Shown in pieces: positions 40,503 to 50,100 of a stretch of 50,401 bases of DNA. How positions within the stretch are numbered: position 1 is the first letter of the stretch; the number at the start of each line of letters is the position of its first letter. The translations under genes were made by a program, and so were the position numbers. The notes beneath the pieces are model-generated. The model was not told the DNA's origin and did not search any database. It saw nothing but the letters and a program-made list of their open reading frames with translations. Source of the stretch: a virus; IMG/VR virus record IMGVR_UViG_3300028549_001760; one strand, written 5' to 3'.

Positions 40503-40976
40503 ATGGATCTTAAGGTTTTGAAAAGCAGAAGCATCGGTATTTTTGCTAAGAAGATTTACATCGGCCGGTTCTTCTCCGATCTTAGCAAGGAAGATTTCGC
40601 CACCGAGCAGGAGTATTTCGCTCACCTCGACTCGATCGACAAAGACGAGTACGTCTACATGAGGGAGCCGACCACCGAAGAGGCCAAGCAGCTGGGTTCC
40701 CCGGCCCTGGATGACGCAATCGTCGCCCGCCTCCCGCCCGAAAAACAGATTGACTATTACGAGAAGAAGAACAAAGAGAACATGGGCAGTTCTGACGCGG
40801 TGATGGCCCTGGCCCGGAAATGTATCGTTTCCTCTAGCATCAAGAACGGCGAGCAGCCGGCCGACGTCAAAGAAGTCCAAGAGCTCGTGTTCAGCTCCCA
40901 AAACCTGGCCGGCTACATCATGCGTGAGTGGATGGCCGGCAGCGCAGTTTTTCCGAAGAAGAGCGACGAAGCCTAG
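40503..40976 (+). CDS. Tail assembly chaperone (G-like)
   Basis: 157 aa, directly upstream of the tape measure. It overlaps a -1 frame ORF that runs to the tape measure start. Confidence 0.65.
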   Translation: MDLKVLKSRSIGIFAKKIYIGRFFSDLSKEDFATEQEYFAHLDSIDKDEYVYMREPTTEEAKQLGSPALDDAIVARLPPEKQIDYYEKKNKENMGSSDAVMALARKCIVSSSIKNGEQPADVKEVQELVFSSQNLAGYIMREWMAGSAVFPKKSDEA

Positions 40977-41230
40977 AGGCTTTTGCAAAGATCGTCTTTG
41001 CCGGGGGGAAACCTCCGGCGAGGATGCGCGACAAGTTCGCGGCCTGGGCTTATCCATTGTCTAGGTTCTTGACGGCAGTAAACAGAGAGAATGGATCAAT
41101 GTCGCTCGATCCGTTCGAGGACTACCCTAATAAGTCCTATCTCGTGTTTGAAGCATTGCAAAATCACTTTTTATCGCATATAAAGAAGAAGAACGAGGAA
41201 GCAGCAGCCAAGAGCAAGCGAGGTAAGTGA
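40928..41230 (+). CDS. -1 frame extension of the tail assembly chaperone (GT-like frameshift product, expressed as 40503..~40952 fused to ~40952..41230)
   Basis: Its frame is -1 relative to 40503..40976. The 49-nt overlap contains GTTTTTC (40947-40953). The ORF ends in an overlap with the tape measure start. Confidence 0.55.
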   Translation: MDGRQRSFSEEERRSLEAFAKIVFAGGKPPARMRDKFAAWAYPLSRFLTAVNRENGSMSLDPFEDYPNKSYLVFEALQNHFLSHIKKKNEEAAAKSKRGK

Positions 41231-44200
41231 TGGCACGAAGCGGTAAACTATCCCAGGTTATTTCGCTGAATATTGAAACTGCCCAGGCTATCAAGGCTGT
41301 TGCAGACCTAACCGGCAGTATGACCAAAGGGTTTACTGCCGCGTTCAGTTCCCTTAGTTCAAACATGAACGGGATGCTCAAGACGATCGAGCAGATTTCC
41401 AAGAAGCTTGAGGATGCGTCCACCCGGTTCGTCACCAAACCTACCGAAATGAATGCGGAGTTGTCCAAAAACATCCTCCGCAACAAGACCAGCACCCAGC
41501 AACAGAACATGGCGGGCATGGCTACAGGATCCGTCGCGCAGAACAATATCGTGCGCGGCGTTGACGCCATGACCGCTTACACCCAAAACATGAACGCCTT
41601 CTGGACCTCGATCTACACCAAGGTAAAGGGTGGCGGTATTTATAAAGACTCTTCCCTAGCCTCTTCGGCGCTGCGCTCACTGAATAGCGTCGAGAAGTTT
41701 ATGGCCAACACCGGCCAGGCTGACCAGGCCGCGATGTTCAAGCAGCTCAATGGGAAAAACGGCGCGGTGCAAAGAGCCAGTGACGCTTTCCGCGTAATGC
41801 TGGAAAGCCAGAATAAAGTCGCCACCGGAGAGAACGCCAAGAAGCTACTTGGCTTTTACCTGACCGGCGACTACATGGCCCCGGACGAGTTAAACAAAAG
41901 GCTCAAGACCGCTGGCGCCGCGGTGTTCAAGGACCGTGGAGCGAAACCAGCCTGGGACGCTTATGCCAAAGAGAAATTTGTCGACCCGAGCATCGATTCG
42001 AGCGCCTATGTCTCCCGACTGTACAAGCAGGTCCAGGCAGTAATCAAAGACTCCAACCGCCCGATAGAAGAACGTATCGACTTCTTGAAGTCCAGGCTGG
42101 GGAAGGATGCCAACGTAGGCGTTACCTCCGAGAATAACGAAGATGGATCGATCAAGCAGACTATCACCTACGCGCGCAAGGCGTTGCATGAATTCATCCG
42201 GAAAGAAGCGCAGAACGCCCAGGCGCAGGTTAACCGGAGCATCGCCGAAGTCAGCGCCCAGGGCACCTTGAGCTGGCAAAACAACTCCGGCAAGATCTCT
42301 GGCCATGATAGTTCTTCCGTGGCCGCATTCCAGGCCAGGTACATCACCCCCACCGACGCACAGCCCATCGGTATTTCGTGGTTCGAGACGATGCGCATGA
42401 AGATGCTTAATTTTATGAAAATCGACCCTGGTGTTGACGCCAAAATAAGCAAAGCAAAGCATGACGCCAACGAGAATGTTATCAACGCGATCGATGCCCT
42501 TGGATACCGCTTGATTACCATTTCGTATATGTTCCAGAAAATGAACATGATGATTGACAACGCAATGCAGGTTATGGAAACCGCGACCACAACCAGACAA
42601 ACGGCGATGGGTAGGATCCAGCCTATCTTGCGTAACGATACTGGCAAGTTTGGATATGAAGGTAGTATGGCGGAAACGCAACGCTACCAGGCTGGCCTTG
42701 AAGCTATCGCCAGACGAACCGGCCAGTCTTTTGAGACTCTATCAAGAGCTCTGTACGACGCTTCTTCCGCCTTCCCATACGCGGCCGATAAACTAGCCGT
42801 CCTGAATGTATCCTCACGGCTTTCTGCCGTTGGGTTTGCGAACACCGAACGAGCTATGGAATCCATGATCGCCGTCATGAAAACTTTCTACGCTGATGTG
42901 GAAGGTAGCCCCGAGCAGTTTGACGCCGCACTACGGCGTGTGGCCAATATGGCCATGACCGCAACCGATCTTGGTGTGCTTGAAATCAACGAATTATCTG
43001 TGTCAATGCAGAACATGGCCCCATCAGCTTCGATGCTGGGTTTATCTATGGACGAAATGTATGCCTCGCTGGCCGCTACGTCCGGCGTTGTAGGTAGCGC
43101 CTCTCGGGCTGCCACTAAGCTAAACCAGCTATTCATGGCCCTGGCGATGCCTCCGACCTCAACGCTCCGTGATTACTACGCGCAGATGGGTGTTACCGGC
43201 CGTCAGTTTATCGAACAGTCTGGTGGTTTGATCCAGGCTTTAACAAAAATCAACGAAGCGGCTGGCGGTAGTGGTGTAGGCGCCAACTTCGAAGCTGGCC
43301 CTCAACTGCGCCAGTATCTCGGCCGCGCCCAGGCTACACAGGCCACCAATGCTCTAATGAGCAGCGTTGAGTCGTTCAACGATACGACTTACGCTATCCA
43401 GAATAATTTCTTGGCTCTGAACAATGCTTTTTACCAGGCGAGGTTTGGTGTTGCCGAGTACACGAACGAACTCAATATCGCAAAGCAAGAGACTGAACGG
43501 ATCAATGCCAGGTTTGGAGAGGCGATGCTCCCGGCCAGGATATGGCTCAACAAGCTGACCAATTCATTCAGGGAAGCATTCATGGGCTTGGCCGGTGGGA
43601 TAGTCCCTTACATGATGGTCGCTGGCGCTAATGTAGCGAAAGTTGCTGCCGGCTTGATGGCTTTTGTTGGCGGTTTGTTCTTGGCTCTGCGGGCTTTGTC
43701 CCAATTCTCTTATGAGACGACAAAGGCGATGCTGATTACTAAAATGAAATCAGCCACCGGGGCTGACCCGCTTAACATCACAGAGCAATTACTTGGCGGA
43801 AGGAACCAGCTGGTCGCCAGGGGTGTGAACGGATCGACCATGGCAGCCTACGCTTTAACATCGACTGGTATGCTGGTTACCCTTGGGGTAATCGCCGGGG
43901 CTGTCCTTCTCATATCAGCTGCCACCGCTTACATCATGAAATATTATGAAGATGAAAAAAAGAAAAGAGTCAGGGAATCGCGCCGCGTTTTGAGCATGAA
44001 CATGGGCGGCGAACTAGGGCAGATCCAGCGGCAAATAGTTGTAGCGAACCAATCAATCCAAACGGGGACCACGCAGGTCCAGCGCGATGCCAGCCGTGGC
44101 GCGCTTGATTTTATTGGCGACCAACTTGATACGAAGATACAGACCGTAGAGCGCTGGAATGAAATCGCAGAGCAATATGCCGGCCCGGACCTGAAAGTAT

Positions 44201-47148
44201 TGGCGAGCTTAGTAACCACCGAAGCCTCTAGGGCTGGCAATATTTTAACTGACCGCAGCACTGGCCCGCTCGACACTCAAAGCACTTACGCTAGAGCAGT
44301 CGGATTGATAACCGATTATAGTGAAGCTACGACCAATGCACTTGCAAACTTTGCCAGGAACGCTACAAGGCCAGATCGTACAGATAGCGCTTCCAGCCTG
44401 ATGGGAGAGTTCAGCCTTGCTAATACTCCTAATAGGAGCCAACGGACTTATCAGGCAAACGCTCAAGTAGGGCCAGACGGGACAATTGTGTCGCTACGAG
44501 GCACGGCCTATAACACGGCGCACGCTGGAGCGGACGTAGTCCTTTCCCCTGAATCGATAGCTGCATTCGCACAAGCCATGCTCGATGTTGGGAACACAGA
44601 CAATACGCTTGGTGAAATACTGGACCAATTTAGGGCTGGCAGGATTGATGAAACCGAAATGCAATCGCAGATCGATTTTTATTTGCAGGGCTTAAAGGAC
44701 TTGCAGGCGCAGACGGTCGAGTTCGCTACTGGGACAACGTCAGCCGAAGATTTCTCGGACGCGATAGATGATCTCGACACTTCATTCAGGACAAACGTCC
44801 AGAACTTGATGGTGCGATATAACGCAGCAAGGCAAGACAATAACGCAGAGCAAATGTTCAACATTAACTCTGAATTAAATAGTGCTATAGCTGGGTACCT
44901 GGATGACGTCACCACCAAGGGGCTTGAGGCTGGGTTAGGCAAAGTCGCGATTGAAGCATTAAGAGCCAGGAAACTTGGCTCGTCCACCGGGACAATCCGT
45001 GCGGCAAAAACATCGTACCTTAATCCTGAATTCCAAGAAGAAGTGACCACTGTTCTTGATACTATGTCGGTGATCCAGAACGATCTTGTTGGGTATCGTG
45101 TCAATATTCAGAACGCGTCCGAGTCGTCCGGTGTTTATTCGGAGTTGCTGATGGACTCAAATGTCCACCAAAACCAATTAAACTCACTTGAGGGCGGCGT
45201 ACTTCTCGCGGCGCTTACTCAATATGCTAACACGACCACAGAAACTACCGCAGCGTTTGATGCAGTAAAAAAGAGCATTGCTAAAATTAGACTTGATGCT
45301 TTCCAAGAGTCAGTGGGTAACGCCTCGCTTGCTTTACGCAGGGCGGCCGAGACAGCGATGCTTGCACTAGGTGACCCAGGGACGTCCATGGCTGGCCGTA
45401 TTTCTGCGCGAGGGACGATTACGTCTGCGTTTACTAATGGGGCCGTTGCGGATCTCCCGGCTGCGGAAGTGTTCAAAATGCTTTCGGAGCTTGTTGAAGA
45501 AGAAACAGCGCTTGTTTCCGCCTGGACAACTAGCCGGCCGGCTGACGAAACGATGGTAGCCTTTAGTCCACAAGCGATAAAGCTTTTAGCCCCACTTACT
45601 CAAAACTGGCAGGACATGGTTGACTACGCGACCCAAGCCAATAGTGGCCAGGGTGGGACCATAGCCGGTATGCGCGCTAGTGGAGCAGCGCTTACCTATT
45701 CAAGCGGCGGGAAAACCCCACAAACAGAAGCGCAGTTAAATGAAATGCTGGCCGGCTTGAACATGAATCTGTCTGGCGACCGTGAAGTTGCGCAGTCCAT
45801 GAAGGACTCTTTCTATGTATTCCGCCAGGCCACAAAGCAACTGCAGGACTCGACCCGCGACATGACCAATAGCTTCCGGAATTCAAACACCACCCAGGCC
45901 GAAGCGTATGAGCGGCAGATAGAAGAATTGCGGACCAAGATCGCCGAAGATTCCCTGTACGCTGCGGAGGATGATATCGGCCGCGAGGCGATTGCCCTGG
46001 CCGAAGAACAGATCCGAATACTTGAAGGCATGGCCCGATACGAGAGGGCTGCCGCACTCACCAACCCGAACTACAACGCCTTTGAGCAATGGCTCCGGAA
46101 GGGCGCCCCTGGCTTAACTCCCACAGAGCAGGCTGGGCCTCGTCAGCCGTTTACCTGGGAATCGATTGGCGTTGGCCTTAAATCCTTTATTGATGGAATC
46201 AGGGGGATCCCTGCCGACCTCATAAAGGGCTTGGAAGATTGGGAGAAGGGGCTTAGGGAGGGCGTTGCTGATTTCTATACCAAAAACGGTATCCCTGGTA
46301 ACAAGCTCGACGCAGAAGGAAACCCGACTGGCGAATTCCAGCAAGTCCCTCTCGGTGATATGGCAGAAGGCTTAGGCAACGCGGCCGAGGGCGGCATAGA
46401 CGAGTTGTTAAAAGGGCTGGCCGATGGCTTGAGCGCTGCCGGCGGTGTGCTGATGGCATTCCTCATGGCCCTGCAGAAAGTCCGATCCTTGATGATCTTG
46501 CTTGGCGGCCCGGTCCAATGGCTTGCCGTAATCTTCGAGGTGGCCGTGGCCTGGCTTAAGCCGGCGATAGATAGTGTGTTGGCCCCGTTCGTTGGTATCC
46601 TGGTTGTCCTTGGCCAGGTACTCGGCGCGGTCCTACTCCCGTTGGTGATGGCCTTCATGCCGGTGTTCCTTGCCCTGGCCCAGTTGTTCGTCATGGTCTA
46701 CAACCTCTTGCTTCCGGTGTTCAATGTCTTGGTAACGATCTTCACGGTTATTGGCAATGTGGTGTTCAACGTGATGCTTGCCTTTATGCAGGTCTTGGCC
46801 TGGGTGGCCACCCTGCCGTTCATGGCAGATACCATGACCGAAGCGGATAGAGCTAGGTGGAATAACACCCAGGCCAAACGGTGGGACGCAGGTGTGAAGG
46901 ATGCCCAGCTGCAGCCTATCGTGCTTGGACAGGTCACCGAGGCCGGAGCCACATACCTGGCTAACGAAGGCGGCGCTGGATCCACTGGGGGTAGCGCAGA
47001 GGCTACCAGGATGCCAGACCAGTACTTCAATTTCTATATTGGCGCCGATGCGATCACCGATATTGACGGTGGAAAAATAGTCTCGGTTGATTATATACTA
47101 GACGTATTCGAGGCCAGGATGGCGGAACAGGCCCGGGCCATGGGGTAA
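41227..47148 (+). CDS. Tape measure protein (1973 aa)
   Basis: The longest gene, helical and Ala/Gln-rich. It has hydrophobic blocks at about residues 790-880 and 1740-1850 (…LAVIFEVAVAWLKP…VLLPLVMAFMPVFLALAQLFVMVY…). The start is GTG 41227 or ATG 41230. Confidence 0.9.
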   Translation: MMARSGKLSQVISLNIETAQAIKAVADLTGSMTKGFTAAFSSLSSNMNGMLKTIEQISKKLEDASTRFVTKPTEMNAELSKNILRNKTSTQQQNMAGMATGSVAQNNIVRGVDAMTAYTQNMNAFWTSIYTKVKGGGIYKDSSLASSALRSLNSVEKFMANTGQADQAAMFKQLNGKNGAVQRASDAFRVMLESQNKVATGENAKKLLGFYLTGDYMAPDELNKRLKTAGAAVFKDRGAKPAWDAYAKEKFVDPSIDSSAYVSRLYKQVQAVIKDSNRPIEERIDFLKSRLGKDANVGVTSENNEDGSIKQTITYARKALHEFIRKEAQNAQAQVNRSIAEVSAQGTLSWQNNSGKISGHDSSSVAAFQARYITPTDAQPIGISWFETMRMKMLNFMKIDPGVDAKISKAKHDANENVINAIDALGYRLITISYMFQKMNMMIDNAMQVMETATTTRQTAMGRIQPILRNDTGKFGYEGSMAETQRYQAGLEAIARRTGQSFETLSRALYDASSAFPYAADKLAVLNVSSRLSAVGFANTERAMESMIAVMKTFYADVEGSPEQFDAALRRVANMAMTATDLGVLEINELSVSMQNMAPSASMLGLSMDEMYASLAATSGVVGSASRAATKLNQLFMALAMPPTSTLRDYYAQMGVTGRQFIEQSGGLIQALTKINEAAGGSGVGANFEAGPQLRQYLGRAQATQATNALMSSVESFNDTTYAIQNNFLALNNAFYQARFGVAEYTNELNIAKQETERINARFGEAMLPARIWLNKLTNSFREAFMGLAGGIVPYMMVAGANVAKVAAGLMAFVGGLFLALRALSQFSYETTKAMLITKMKSATGADPLNITEQLLGGRNQLVARGVNGSTMAAYALTSTGMLVTLGVIAGAVLLISAATAYIMKYYEDEKKKRVRESRRVLSMNMGGELGQIQRQIVVANQSIQTGTTQVQRDASRGALDFIGDQLDTKIQTVERWNEIAEQYAGPDLKVLASLVTTEASRAGNILTDRSTGPLDTQSTYARAVGLITDYSEATTNALANFARNATRPDRTDSASSLMGEFSLANTPNRSQRTYQANAQVGPDGTIVSLRGTAYNTAHAGADVVLSPESIAAFAQAMLDVGNTDNTLGEILDQFRAGRIDETEMQSQIDFYLQGLKDLQAQTVEFATGTTSAEDFSDAIDDLDTSFRTNVQNLMVRYNAARQDNNAEQMFNINSELNSAIAGYLDDVTTKGLEAGLGKVAIEALRARKLGSSTGTIRAAKTSYLNPEFQEEVTTVLDTMSVIQNDLVGYRVNIQNASESSGVYSELLMDSNVHQNQLNSLEGGVLLAALTQYANTTTETTAAFDAVKKSIAKIRLDAFQESVGNASLALRRAAETAMLALGDPGTSMAGRISARGTITSAFTNGAVADLPAAEVFKMLSELVEEETALVSAWTTSRPADETMVAFSPQAIKLLAPLTQNWQDMVDYATQANSGQGGTIAGMRASGAALTYSSGGKTPQTEAQLNEMLAGLNMNLSGDREVAQSMKDSFYVFRQATKQLQDSTRDMTNSFRNSNTTQAEAYERQIEELRTKIAEDSLYAAEDDIGREAIALAEEQIRILEGMARYERAAALTNPNYNAFEQWLRKGAPGLTPTEQAGPRQPFTWESIGVGLKSFIDGIRGIPADLIKGLEDWEKGLREGVADFYTKNGIPGNKLDAEGNPTGEFQQVPLGDMAEGLGNAAEGGIDELLKGLADGLSAAGGVLMAFLMALQKVRSLMILLGGPVQWLAVIFEVAVAWLKPAIDSVLAPFVGILVVLGQVLGAVLLPLVMAFMPVFLALAQLFVMVYNLLLPVFNVLVTIFTVIGNVVFNVMLAFMQVLAWVATLPFMADTMTEADRARWNNTQAKRWDAGVKDAQLQPIVLGQVTEAGATYLANEGGAGSTGGSAEATRMPDQYFNFYIGADAITDIDGGKIVSVDYILDVFEARMAEQARAMG

Positions 47149-47166
47149 TGTGGAAAATTTTCCACA
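47149..47166. promoter_or_regulatory. 18-bp palindrome TGTGGAAAATTTTCCACA, copy 10
   Basis: Perfect palindrome that starts 1 nt after the tape measure stop. It lies 26 nt upstream of ATG 47193, with AAGGAG in between. Confidence 0.8.
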
Positions 47167-47192
47167 AAACCAACACGACATAAGGAGCCAAA

Positions 47193-50100
47193 ATGTTATT
47201 TGCCAGCAAAGATAAAAACGGCGATGCGCTACCCGCGGAGCTTATTGCGGCCCTTTGGGACCCCGCAACCAAGATCACGGCTCATGTAGCGATTGACTTT
47301 GCTGGCGATGGCACCTTTGTCGAAGTGCCGTCAGACGATGTCCTGTCAATAGATTTCTCCGATGAAGTGGAAGGACAGAACGGCCGCGCTTGCTCAAATA
47401 AGTGTTCTGTTGAGTTAAGTAATTATAACCATCGCTACTCCCCACACAAGTTTACCGACGACTACACGCCGTCGATCATGCACTTCAACGGGCCTGATCA
47501 GGGCGATGGCCGCGGTAACTTGCGACCAGAGCGCCGGATCAGTATCGACCTGCAGGTAGATGGCTTCTCGTCTGTCGTTCCGGGCCGATACTATGTCCCT
47601 ATTTTTGAAGGGTTGATTACGGGTGACGGCTTTGTTGAGGACGTAGGCCATGGAAATATCAACAAGGTAAAGCTGGCCGCCAACGACTATGCTATCCTCT
47701 TGAAGAAAAAGGATCCCAAGGGAGTGAAGAAAGTAATCGCCGGCCAGTGGGTGGAAGAAACCCTGGCCTGGCGCGACTGTAAGGTTTCGGACCCGGCTGA
47801 CCAGGCTAACTCCATTATCCACAAGCTGGTGGCTATGGGTGACCCTGACGGATGGATCACTGTTGACGCCGAGACGTTTAATGTCCCGATCGAGTACATT
47901 CCGATCGATACCAATATGTGGTCAGAAATCGCCGAGCTTGCCGATTTCATGCACTGTACCGCCTCGTTCTTTGGCAAGACACTTTTCTTTGGCGACTCGG
48001 AATTCAACACAGTGACCGCCTCGCCGATCGAGTTTACCAATTCTCATTACGAGGGAATCAACCACCGCGACAACGCAGACAAAATATACAACAAGCTTTC
48101 GATCGAGTTTGGCCAGTACATCAAGCTGCCCAAGACTGCGCTATGGATGCACCCGAATTCCGCCGAGTCCGGAATCATACAGGATGGCGGCTGCGTGTAT
48201 GACCTGTCTGACGCTGAAAAGATTCCTGACCTGTTCAACGAAATGGTTATCTACAAGGCACCGTACACCGCCGAGGTAAACACGCCGACCACCCGCCCCG
48301 GCTATGGCGGTACTGGTATCGTGGACACCAAGGCCAACGCAGCGAACTACGAAGTTGTCACCGCAGAGAATATTTCATACCACTATTACGAAAACGGCCT
48401 GGATACCGAATTGCTTATTTTCGACACCACCACCTACCGTGACGCTGCCATTATCCGCGCAGCGATTGGCGGCCGGACATCGGTGCGTGTCACCAAGCTT
48501 GTCGTGTTCGGTGAGCCGGTTATCCAAGAGAAGGCGATCACTTCCTTTATCGACAACGCTGATTCGATCGCCCTGTATGGTACCAAGATCAAAGAATATA
48601 AAAACAAGTACATGAACCAGGAGATCATCACCTTCCGCAGCCAACAGTGGACCAGGGATCGGGCTTGGCTGCAGATCGCTATCGAGCAAAACGCCGTGCC
48701 GCGCCGCGACTACACCTTCTCGCTTTCCATGCCCTTGATCATTGCCCGCTCTGGCACGCGCGTGCGCCTGCAGGAGACATACCAGGGATCAGAGATCAAT
48801 GTGATGGTGAACCTGCAGAGCATTGGAATAAAATACAATGGCCAAAAGGCCGAGTGGACCACGACTTTCAAGGCCGTGGAATACAAGACAGAATCCGGAG
48901 CGACGACGACCTGGTCTGATACTTCTCCGCGGCCGGATATCGCCAAGCCGGTGAAACAAATCCTTATCGCGCTTGGCCAGAGCGTCGACCAGGCATTGCC
49001 CTACAACAAGGGCGATCTGATGTCGTACCGCTATGAGAAAGAATCCATTGTCCTGAACGATTATTATATCGCCGTTGTCAGCAAAGGCCCGGATGATGCT
49101 TTCTCGTGGGATGACTGGGAGCTTGTTGACGCCGAAAATCAGTTGTTCAAGCAGACGTTGTTTATCAGGTCCGCTTCTACTCCCGACACTCCTACCGGGG
49201 TAGCTCCGGAGGGATGGACAGATATTGTTCCGGACGGTACTGACCCGGTCTGGCAGTCAACCGCAACGCTACGCAAGATCAACTCAACGGTGACCGTGGT
49301 ATTCATCGACTGGTCGACGCCGCTTTCCATGGCCTCAATCTCTGGTGGCACCCCGGTACCAGGCACGGTCACCAACTTGAGCGCCGTAGCCTACCAGGAT
49401 TATATCAAGATGAACATGACGATCCCTGCCGGCGCCGTGTCCTACATTTTCCAGCGTTCCAAGGACGAGGGGGCCAGCTGGGAGGATATAACTGGCACGG
49501 CTGATGGTGAGGCTGCCTGTTCAGAGTCAGGATATATGTGGCCGTTTAACCGGGCCACCGACAAGTACCCTGAAAAAACACTTGAGCTTTCTGGCGTGGC
49601 CCCGCTATCCAAGTATCGATTCAGGGCAAAGGCGTCGAACGTACTCGGGCAGACATCGGCCTCATGGTCCTCGACTGTCCCGGTTGATGATACCGCCTAC
49701 AAAACCTGGAAGCCGGTGGCCCCGACTGGCGCCGCTTCTCAAACCGCTATGCGCGCAGCCTCAATCTCCTGGGTGAAGCCTGATGTTTATAATATTGCCC
49801 GCCATGAGGTTCAGATCAGCAAGGACAACACCACCTGGTTTGAGCCGGCTGTAGGGCTGAATGTCTATCCGGAGACGGTAGAAGAAGTCCTTGTGTCCAA
49901 TGAGGGCAACTGGCGGCAAAGCAATACGGCCAATCTTTTCAAGACGACGCCGATCGAACAGTGGAATCAAGAGCTTCCGCTTGAAGGCCAGGGCGCCGGT
50001 TTGGCCGTGAACACGGTTTATTATTACCGGATGCGCACCGTTGTCGATGTCCCGCAAGCCGCCGACGATGCACCGAATGGAGTCTATGCGTCAAGTGGCA

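Noticed and set aside
34990-42681. Long minus-strand ORFs inside structural genes (34990..35622, 37419..37973, 40287..41057, 41890..42681 and others)
   Set aside because: All are antisense to large plus-strand genes with recognisable functions. High G/C at the sense third position suppresses antisense stops.
1471-47193. Diversity-generating retroelement acting on the tail-fibre C-terminus
   Set aside because: No reverse-transcriptase-like ORF and no template/variable repeat pair were visible anywhere in the genome. The coordinates wrap through the window junction.
47815-47823. Exact canonical DnaA box TTATCCACA
   Set aside because: It is a single 9-mer inside the tail-fibre coding sequence with no partner sites or A/T-rich neighbour, so it is compatible with chance.
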